Origin: Diplonema japonicum
Lineage: Eukaryota; Protista; Euglenozoa: Diplonemea
Direction of reading: 5' to 3'
DNA length: 64,000 nucleotides
NCBI GenBank assembly: GCA_964019335.1
Contig: OZ025706.1
Location: 310,001-374,000, forward strand
The notes beneath the pieces are model-generated. The model searched no databases. It was not told where the DNA came from and saw nothing but the letters and a program-made list of their open reading frames with translations. This document shows, piece by piece, positions 55,611-64,000 of this stretch. How positions within the stretch are numbered: the stretch's first letter is position 1; each line of letters starts with the position of its first letter. The translations under genes and the position numbers were made by a program.

Positions 55611-57116
55611 CTAATTGGGGTTCTGCTCTAGTTCCACCTTGCTGAGCTCGCCGCCCATTGCTGAAGATGGGGCGGCAAGGCTGTTGGGCTGTTGGGGTGC
55701 GGTGTTGTGATCGAGCCAGCCTGACATGAGGGAGGTCCTTTGGGTGACGTACGAAGCGGCAGTGGAGGACGACGAGGGTCGTGACCGGATATGAGCGACG
55801 GGCGCCGACATAGTCGCGGTAGGGGTGGCTGTGGAGTACTGGTCGAAAAAAGAAGGGAGGTGCTGCTGCTGGGTTTGCATCTGCTCCTGCGATTTCGGCA
55901 AAGAAACCTGCCCCGACACCTGAACAGAGACCCTTTTCGAAACCGGTTGCGACGCGGCAAAGGTAGGTGTGGACGCAAACGAAGACGCAGGACTAGACGT
56001 CACAGGTGTGTGCGTCTCAGGCTCCAACTCCTGTTCTTCTTCCGCTTCTTCTTTCCTCACATCAAGCGGTTGATCGGCAACAGGTGTTTCCGGTGCTGAA
56101 CTCGCCCACCCATCACCCACAACGGTGGCGCTGTTACTACCTTTTCGAAACCCTGACGCTATGGACACAGGAGGAGGCGATGGGGGCTGGGGCGACATCT
56201 CGTTGCCCTCTGTCAGGGCATCGGGTGACCCAACGTTAGATTCTTCGCGTGCTGTGGGTTTGGGGGGGTTTAGCGTGGAGGGGATTGCGGAGGTGACCCT
56301 GCTGGCTGGCCGTGGTGGAATAAAGGCAACAGGGGCAGGGGGGTCGGCAAAGCGAGGGGACCGTTTTTCAATAGGTTCGGTTTGCACCTCTTTCACAACG
56401 TCCTTCATCCTGACCACTGCCCGCCTGCCGTGTACTACGACCTCCTCCACCACACCACTGTCCTCACCGAGCTGCACGAAGATGTCTGCGGCATTCCTTC
56501 CACTGGCATCGATCACGACACCACCTTCCACTTCATCAATACGCCGTCTGGGGATTGTTGTGGGTGCGAAATTGGTCTGCAGTGTCTCAGGGAGATCACC
56601 TAGAATAACATCAACAGGTGGAGGGACACCAGCACGGTGCTCCACTACAGGCGGTAATGGGACCGGTTTTGGGGAGAAGTACACAACGGGGGGCTTTTTT
56701 GTGTCTTTTGGTGTTCCTGGTGGTTTCCTCGCCGCCCGTACCACGTAGAGAGCGTAGCAGGAGATCAATAAAATCGTTAGAAGTAGCACTATGACACCCA
56801 GCACCCAGAGGCGGGAAGCGCTTGGGGTGCCGATGGAAGATAGAGAGGTGCAGAAAGGCGAATTGAATGTTGTCACCCCGTTTGAGTGGTACCAGCAGCT
56901 CCCAGTGCCTTCTCCCGGCCACCCACCGCAACACTCGTACCCCATCACCGGTGTCTGCACACCTTCACATGCTGTTGTGTTGCCCCCAACCACTTCAAAC
57001 CCAACTACTCCATCGTTAAGCACCACTCTTGCCGCAACAGACCATCCCTGACAGGCCAACTCCTCAATGCTACCTACACCTGGGCATATGCTGCTCACCT
57101 TCCATCGTTGGGCCAT
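55611..57116 (-). CDS. Hypothetical single-pass membrane protein with Pro/Ser-rich tail
   Basis: 501-aa ORF with a Cys-containing N-terminus and TM segment LWVLGVIVLLLTILLISCYALYVV. Confidence 0.65.
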   Translation of the reverse strand: MAQRWKVSSICPGVGSIEELACQGWSVAARVVLNDGVVGFEVVGGNTTACEGVQTPVMGYECCGGWPGEGTGSCWYHSNGVTTFNSPFCTSLSSIGTPSASRLWVLGVIVLLLTILLISCYALYVVRAARKPPGTPKDTKKPPVVYFSPKPVPLPPVVEHRAGVPPPVDVILGDLPETLQTNFAPTTIPRRRIDEVEGGVVIDASGRNAADIFVQLGEDSGVVEEVVVHGRRAVVRMKDVVKEVQTEPIEKRSPRFADPPAPVAFIPPRPASRVTSAIPSTLNPPKPTAREESNVGSPDALTEGNEMSPQPPSPPPVSIASGFRKGSNSATVVGDGWASSAPETPVADQPLDVRKEEAEEEQELEPETHTPVTSSPASSFASTPTFAASQPVSKRVSVQVSGQVSLPKSQEQMQTQQQHLPSFFDQYSTATPTATMSAPVAHIRSRPSSSSTAASYVTQRTSLMSGWLDHNTAPQQPNSLAAPSSAMGGELSKVELEQNPN

Positions 57117-57302
57117 ATCCCTGAAGTGCGTGGAGTTTTTTTTTTACGACGGGGTTGAAAGTCTCGAGAAAGAAAGCGGGTTTTGTTAAGCGGGGGAATA
57201 AGAGGAAATGGAAGGGGGGACCACTACACTTTTTTTTTCTTCTTTTTCTTCTTCTTCTTCTTCTTTTTTTTCTCCCACTCTTCCCCCCCTTTCACCCCAT
57301 TT

Positions 57303-58012
57303 CTACTTTCCACCTCGTCCACCGCCGCCACGTAGTGAACTGTAAGTGTACTTGAAAAGGCTCCCTTTTTTTGCTTCATACCTACTACCTCTTCCACTGG
57401 TGCCGCCCCTGCTGCCCCCTCCAGAGGATTTACCACCACCACCACCACCACCACCACCACTGGATTTTCCACCACCAAACGACTTTCCACCACCACCACC
57501 ACCACCACCACTGGATTTCCCACCACCAGAGGACTTGCCGCCACCACCACTGCCTTTGCCACCACCGCTAGATTTTCCACCACCACCGGTACTTCCTCCT
57601 TTCTTGCCCCCGGAAGAATGACCTTTGTGGACAACCCCACCACCACCACCACCACCACCACCGCCGCCTTTGCTGCCTTTGCCCCCCTTGCCACCGCCAC
57701 CTCCCTTACCACCACCTCCCTTCCTGCCACTGTTTCGTTCGTCTGCAAAAATTGGCTTCTCGAAGCTGTCTACCGAGGGCTTGTCTTCGTACGATGCTGT
57801 ACCGAAAACAAACGCAGCGGCAGGCTCCACCTTCTTGGTGCCGTCCTTGGGGAAGTCGCAGATCTTGCACCACTGTTTTATTTTGAGGTCTTAAAAAAGG
57901 TTTTTTTGAATTCCACATACATCCCCTGTGTCGTTGCTTGCAGTACACCTCTTGCAAGACCACGACGGCCGTGCCACGGGAGCCGCGGCAACAGGCTCCG
58001 GCTTTTTTTCCT

Positions 58013-58056
<44 letters not shown>

Positions 58057-59240
58057 TCCTCTTCTTTAAATACCTTTTGTTCCTTTGGTTTCTTCTGCTT
58101 GATCGCAGCTCCGAAAATGTCGGTTTCGCCTTCTTTTTTCAGCATCACCATTCCCTCCGCCATCGCAGGGGCTTCCACCTTCCGTGCCTCTTTTTTGGCT
58201 ACCGGTGGCGGTGCGGCATTGAGGGAGACAGTGATGGGCCCTTCGTCGAGAAGGGTCTTCTTGGAGGGTTGAGTGTCGGAGGAGGTCTTCTCTTGTGCGG
58301 CCTGTTGGGCGGCGGCGTGCTTCCCGGGCCATCGTTTTTTGGAGCCATCCTCGTGGGTGAACTTGCAGTCTTTTCGGCTGCATTTACCGAGCTGGTAGTC
58401 GGAGCAGACTCCTTTTCCGGCTTTCCCGGCCTTCCCGGCTCCTTTGCCACCCTTTTGCCCCTCATCAGGACGGGCTAGTTGAGAGATGTCCTTCTTCCCA
58501 GGGCCCATGTTGCGGCGGTAGTCGGCAGCTTCAACATCGACAACACGTTTTTGTCTTGGCTCGTCGTCGTCTTCGTTGTGATCTATGGCGTCTGGTTTTT
58601 CAGGAACGAGGTCTGCGGCAGCACCGCCGCGTCCGAAGGGGACGAACGGAGGAGGGCCCAAGGGGTCACGTTTCCCAGTGGCCTTCTTCCTGTCCCCGTA
58701 CGCCTTCAGTAATTCGTACTCTTCTCGAAGCTCTTCGACGTCCCCTCCAAGGAACGTGAAGGTCTCGGGTTTTATAATGCAGTATCCGTTCCGTACTGGT
58801 ATGTTTGTCAGAAGAACTTTTGTCCCCGGGACTGGGATTTGTTTGATTTGGTGGTTGGTGTGGAGTTCCACTGCTGTGCAGGAGTTTGTGCCGTCGGTGA
58901 GCTGGAGCTTGTACAAACGGTTGTGGGGCGTCCTTCCTTGCTTTGTCACACCGAACCCGTCATCGTGGGCTTCGTCGTCATCACCACCTTGGACCTTAGC
59001 CTGGGTTACGTCTCGCACTTTGTCCACCTGAAGCACGGATTTCCCTTTCAGGTTCATCGATGGCTGGCTTCCGATGTCTTTCGGCAGGTACGAAATTCCC
59101 CAGTCCTTAATGTTCCTATACATCAGCTCGTCCTTCATAGTCTCGCAATCGTCGACTCCTGTCTCTTCGTAAATGGCATTGAGGGCCTCCGTGCCCACGT
59201 GGATCCCTTCGTTCAGGAGCTGGTTTGCAATGTCTTCCAT
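57303..59240 (-). CDS. RMI1-N/TDRD3-type OB-fold protein with CCCH finger, RanBP2 finger and Gly-rich tail; introns 58011-58073, 57873-57920
   Basis: VLQVDKVRDVTQ, RLYKLQLTDG, PGTKVLL, FLGGDVEEL; CSDYQLGKCSRKDCKFTH; spliced WSCKRCTASNDTGDWCKICDFPK. Confidence 0.8.
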
Positions 59241-59894
59241 CTTTTTTCTTTTCTTTTTTTTTCCCCCTTCTCCCTCCCCCCTCTTCCTCGCCTCCCTTCC
59301 CAGCACCTTTTTTTTTTTTTTTTTTTTTTTTTTGCTTGAACAAGAAAAACAAATTGAAAATGAATTGTTATTGCTATAAAGAGTAGTGGTAGCATTGTGG
59401 GGCTCGGCTGTGCACAAACAAAGAACTACCCGACTGAACATGAGCGATTTCGACCCGAACCTCCTGGGACAGTTGACAGCTGTCTCCTACCCCACGGGGA
59501 GTTCATGCGCGGCCGTTAAGGACGAATGCGTTGCGCGTCGTGCGACAAGGCACACACTTCTGGCTACCATTGCGCCAGTAGGAAGACCGTCAGTGCTCTG
59601 AAGAGATCCTTGCCTTTGATCGCTTGGAGCTCCCGCGCGAGCTCCCTGCCTCATTCGGCACTCGCAGAGCAGCGAGCTAGATAGAGATATTCGAACTTAC
59701 CAAATCGAGATCAAAGACCGGAATAGGGGGGAGCCTGCCCGAATCCCCCTTTGAGGAGGGAAGTGCTGTGCACAAGCAACAACTCTTTTTTTTTTTTTTT
59801 TTTTTGGGGGGGAGAATATAAAAAAAAGAGACATTTAGAGAACGAAAAAAAAAAAAAAAAAACACACTGCCGAACATTTAAAAAAAAAAGAAAA

Positions 59895-60974
59895 TCAGAA
59901 TAGGTAGCTCATCATTTTCTTCTGTCCTTCTTTTGTGATATCGTTGTCCTTTCCGAGGACGGCGAAGGACGCGACGAGGAGCTTCTTGGGGAGCCCGTCC
60001 TCGAGGGTTTTGTCCTTGCGGAGGACCTGCAGCATGAGCGCGGTGCTTTCTTTGAACTTTCCTTCCTTGAACATCGCCACCGCGAGGCGGAGCTGTAGAA
60101 CCAGGTTGGCGGGGTCGGCGGCCACAAGTCTCGCGTGTTCTACAGCTGGCTTTCCATCGAAATTTGTGAGGATGCTCATTTCAAGGATGTTGAGGGATTT
60201 CACGACCGCAGGGATCTTGAACCGTCCGTAAGACCGTTTCACAGTTTCAATGGTTTTGACGGCCTTAGCCGAATCATTCATTTCTTGGTACTGCTCTGCG
60301 AGGACGAGCAGTGCAGATGCCGCAGCTTGTTCTGTTTTCGTGGCGGTGGGAAGTGCGTTTGTCGTGTCCTTCTTTTGAGCGGGCTTTTTGTTTTTCCTCT
60401 CCTCTTTGATCTCCGTCTCTGCCAGATCGATGATCTCCTTTAGTATAGAGACGATCTGTTCCGCGGGTTTCTTGTTCTTTTGGTTTTCCAATATGAACCT
60501 CGCAAACCTCGCAACAGCGTCATCACCTTCGATGTCATCCATCTCCGGGTTTCCTTCAATATCGCCCTTACCGGTGTATGACAGGAATCTTTTCATAAAC
60601 TCTTGGAATTTTTCTTTATCGGAGAGCCCCATTGAAATGTCCAGAAGTTTTCCGTCTGCGAATGCTGCCATCGCTGGTGCTTGTTTGATCTGTAACGACT
60701 GCATGAGCTGCAGGGTGATTTGTTGTTCCGTCCCGGCAACTAAATATTTAATCAAAACATCACCCTTGTTGATGTCGCCCATGACTTCGTCCACCATCTT
60801 GTTGTGTTCTTCCAACTGCGCGTGTTTTGTGTGCGTGAAATGACACAAAAACGGTTCCTTGCCTTGGAATATCTGCCCAACCTCAGGGGATTGGCTCAGT
60901 TCAGATTTGTACTCTGCCTCAGAGGCATATCGCCTGAAAGCGATCCTAGCAGGGACACGGACTGCTCTAAACAT
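59895..60974 (-). CDS. CnoX/YbbN-like thioredoxin-fold plus TPR co-chaperone, probably mitochondrial
   Basis: Arg-rich presequence MFRAVRVPARIAFRRY; Trx-like IKQAPAMAAFADGK; C-terminal DPANL..LQVLRKDKTLEDGLPKKLLV..LG..KKMMSYLF as in the YbbN C-terminal TPR. Confidence 0.72.
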   Translation of the reverse strand: MFRAVRVPARIAFRRYASEAEYKSELSQSPEVGQIFQGKEPFLCHFTHTKHAQLEEHNKMVDEVMGDINKGDVLIKYLVAGTEQQITLQLMQSLQIKQAPAMAAFADGKLLDISMGLSDKEKFQEFMKRFLSYTGKGDIEGNPEMDDIEGDDAVARFARFILENQKNKKPAEQIVSILKEIIDLAETEIKEERKNKKPAQKKDTTNALPTATKTEQAAASALLVLAEQYQEMNDSAKAVKTIETVKRSYGRFKIPAVVKSLNILEMSILTNFDGKPAVEHARLVAADPANLVLQLRLAVAMFKEGKFKESTALMLQVLRKDKTLEDGLPKKLLVASFAVLGKDNDITKEGQKKMMSYLF

Positions 60975-61345
60975 TTTCTTTTTCTCTCTTTTTTTTTTTG
61001 GAACGACGGCTGTAAAAAAGGGGGGGGATTTTTTTTTTAATTTATGAGTCCCATGAAGAAAAAAAAAAAGGAAAAGAAAGGAGAAAAAAAAATTGCAACA
61101 TTTGGGTGAGAGAACGGACAAAGTTGCAAAATAAAATATAAAAAAAATAAAAAAAAACGGAAAAAAGAAGAAGAAAAAAATGAGGGAGGGAAGAAAGAAA
61201 AAAGAGAAAAAAGTACACACACTAACAGACCATATTCTTTTTTTTTTTTTTAAAATAAAATTTCTATCTTAGTTCGGAGAGATGGTCCAATGCAACAGAA
61301 TATTTTTGAGAACGTTCAGCCACCTCAATACGTGGTAGATACTGC

Positions 61346-61375
<30 letters not shown>

Positions 61376-61380
<5 letters not shown>

Positions 61381-61818
61381 TTCTCCCTCCCCGTTCATAC
61401 GAGATGTATCCAGTGAGCACCCCAATGGTAATATTCACAGCCATGATGCCAATAGCAAGAACATTCTGCCTCCACTCTAGCTCGGTTGGCTTGCTTTTCC
61501 GGATGTAGTACCAGAAGCCAAAGGCAATCAGAAGCGCATTTGTAGAGAGGAAGACGAGCCAAGCAATGGGGGGCATCTTGCCCGGGACCTCGTCCAGCCG
61601 CCGGATCATGTCACCGCTTGCTGGGAGGATTAAATTCATGGTGTAGAGGACAAAGCGGTCCATCCAGGTGGACCGGAACATGAAGTTGAGTAGAACGTTG
61701 GCAAGTACAACAATAACAGCAGTTACATAATCGGCAGGGGTCTCACTGGCTGGAAGACTCGCGGCAACAATGCCCACAAGGCAGTTGAAAATGTACTCTA
61801 GATATGTGACCATTGACT

Positions 61819-61849
<31 letters not shown>

Positions 61850-61925
61850 CCTTTTTATTTTGGTTTTGACATACGTCTTCCCATTCTTTTTCCTTCGCTA
61901 GCTCTTCTTCTTTACCTTTTGCCAT
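61376..61925 (-). CDS. Small multi-pass membrane protein; intron 61817-61874
   Basis: MAKGKEE..WED spliced in phase 0 (GTATGT..AACAG) to SMVTYLEY; 3-4 hydrophobic helices. Confidence 0.65.
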
Positions 61926-62070
61926 TACTGGAAAAAAAAAGTTTTTTTTTTTCCATTTTTCTTTTCAAAGAATTACCTTTTTCCTCGCCCTTCCTCTTTT
62001 CCTGTCCCTGCTTTATTCTTCGGATCAAATCTTTGTCATAGCCTCTTCCTGGGGAGGACACTCGCGCAGG

Positions 62071-62104
<34 letters not shown>

Positions 62105-62158
62105 TCGCGCTCCTGGTAGTCTGTTTGGGTTTTGAACCGTTAAACAGGGGAAAAAAAA

Positions 62159-62271
62159 GAGGAACTGGCCGTTGTTTGTACGTGCCGGGTAAAACCTGGA
62201 GAAGTTTGTCAACCCGAAACACGTTGCCAACGTTCCCCTTTTGTTTAGACAAGTCAAAGACTCGTTCTTGC
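62159..62271. repeat. Family B dispersed repeat, copy 2
   Basis: Near-identical to 31780-31893. Confidence 0.85.
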
Positions 62272-62550
62272 AAAAAAAAGAGCTGAACTCATAACTGAAT
62301 TGTCAACTGAGAATAATAAATTCATTCATTTTCGTTGCTTATTTTTTTCTTCCCCCCCCCCCGGTCTCGACAGTCGAATTTCAATAAAGCAAAAAAAAAA
62401 AAAAAAAAGAAGCAATCGCCTGACCTTTTTTTCTTCTTCTTCTTCTTCTTTCTTTTTTTTTTTGTGTTTTATTCCGATCATTTTTTTTTTAAACCCCCGA
62501 AAAGTGAGATATAAAAAAAAAAGACTATTCAAACTGAAATACCACAGGGG

Positions 62551-62585
<35 letters not shown>

Positions 62586-62936
62586 GATTTTTTTTTCGAT
62601 TGCGAAAAGAAATGGCCATCAGGGCCACCCGATCCTCTACCGTGTATATATTCTGGTAGGTGAAAAAATAACATAAAAAAAATAAAAAAAAATAAAAAAA
62701 TAAAAAAAAGAAATCGATATCACATGCAAACACAGTGTGAGAGCCGCAGACCCCAAGAAGAAGGAGAATGGTCAAACTAGGTACTTCAAAGTTCCGAGCG
62801 TATCTCGCAAAAATGATAATAATCTTTCAATCCTTTTAGGGTGCCGCTAGCCCCGATACGAGCAGTGAGCCCTTCTATCAAAGCCGAAAGATCACAACGG
62901 TTTTCGGGGGACACAAAAAAAAAAAAAAAAAGAAAA

Positions 62937-64000
62937 TCAGCCAGCATTGGTTATAAGCACAGTATTAACATTAATATCGGAACACATCGTGCTGCTTTCT
63001 TGATCTTCTTCTTCTTCCCGCACGTGGGTTTGCGGGGTGTAACAACAAAAAGTGACACCACACACAGCAAGCAAACCTGCGAAAAGCAAATTATTGTAAA
63101 AACCCCCCTTTGCCGATCCGTACACAGTAGTGAGGAAGGTGGAGACAAAAACCAACACGAATCCTATCTGCGTGGCAAAGAGGAAGAGAAGCGACGACGA
63201 TATTGTTTCTGACAACGAAGGCGTTAATAATACACCAAGATCGAGAAAAAATGGTTGCGAAGTCCCCAACGCAAGCCCGAGCCCGGCACACGTAGCATAG
63301 CACCAACCTACTGGAAACTCATACCATAGAGCAAATGCCAACACACACAACAAACTCGCTGCTAGTAACAAGCATACCGCAATAACTTGCTTGTGATGCG
63401 CACGCCCGAATTTGTCCAAAGAGAGCCCCCCGAGGTACATTCCAGGGATGCCTATCGTCAGCAAGATCACACCGCTTACAGCGATTTCCGTTGAAGAAAA
63501 TCCAGATACCATACTGGAGTCGAGTAACAGCCCGATCGACCAGTAGATAGCGGTGTTCACACCAAAAACGAAGAGGAAGAACGAGAAATTGTATGTCATC
63601 GTCTGCTTCCCCGCTTTGAAAACATCCTTTGCAATGCCCCACATGGTGATCTCGGGGGGGAGATCAGACTGTGGTGTTTCACCAGATTGAAAAAATAAAT
63701 ATATTGCCACAGTTGTCAACGAGATTATGGCTGTTGTTGTTATGTTAATTTTGAGCATCATTTCGTCAAAGTTCGATCCAGAAACGAGAAATCTTGACGT
63801 GAAATATCCTATTGCCATTCCCAACTGGTTTACAAGCCCTGCAATGGCCGTTGCCACGCCTCTGTCCGACGGTGGGAACCAACTTGCTGCCAACATAGTT
63901 GGGACTGTTAAGAAGTATGCTTGTGAAGCTGCAGATGATAGGTTGCTTAGGACCAATAGAGAGAAGCCGAAGTGGGAGTTTCCTACCAGTGTCGAGGGGA
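62937..64000 (-). CDS. MFS transporter (FLVCR/SLC49-like), 5' end beyond the window
   Basis: LAASWFPPSDRGVATAI..NQLGMAIG and GLSLDKFG, multiple TM helices; the frame is open to the window edge. Confidence 0.85.
   Translation of the reverse strand, partial: PSTLVGNSHFGFSLLVLSNLSSAASQAYFLTVPTMLAASWFPPSDRGVATAIAGLVNQLGMAIGYFTSRFLVSGSNFDEMMLKINITTTAIISLTTVAIYLFFQSGETPQSDLPPEITMWGIAKDVFKAGKQTMTYNFSFFLFVFGVNTAIYWSIGLLLDSSMVSGFSSTEIAVSGVILLTIGIPGMYLGGLSLDKFGRAHHKQVIAVCLLLAASLLCVLAFALWYEFPVGWCYATCAGLGLALGTSQPFFLDLGVLLTPSLSETISSSLLFLFATQIGFVLVFVSTFLTTVYGSAKGGFYNNLLFAGLLAVCGVTFCCYTPQTHVREEEEDQESSTMCSDINVNTVLITNAG

Noticed and set aside
1-64000. tRNA, rRNA or spliced-leader RNA genes
   Set aside because: None recognised by eye; a covariance-model scan would be needed to exclude them.

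Overview
Eukaryotic nuclear DNA, probably from a euglenozoan protist and most likely a diplonemid. This assignment is an inference from one unbroken co-directional gene array, abundant short cis-introns and a multi-TM class III cyclase. About 29 host genes all lie on the minus strand, separated by spacers dominated by long A/T/G/C homopolymers. I reconstructed 23 GT-AG introns by eye; most are 34-72 nt and many carry a poly(A) run, not a polypyrimidine tract, just before the 3' AG. Recognisable products: FNR-like oxidoreductase, NEK-like kinase, EGF/PAN surface protein, LRR protein, Tudor-C2-phospholipase D, MYND finger, USP32-like DUB, Mpv17, mitochondrial carrier, SPCS1, DUSP, GDPD, adenylate cyclase, WD40 protein, CEP131, COX11, Pumilio, TDRD3/RMI1-like protein, CnoX/YbbN-like protein and an MFS transporter. 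The most interesting signal is a set of small mobile elements embedded in poly(dA:dT) tracts. Family A has three copies with shared termini but different contents: one empty, one with an ORF 5' end, and one with a DIRS/VIPER-type RNase H fragment. The two loaded copies are 627 and 628 bp and both lie antisense inside the poly(A) tract of otherwise tiny introns. Also present are a TA-flanked MITE, a near-identical ~325-bp dispersed repeat, a ~113-bp repeat and two paralogous decayed ORF remnants.
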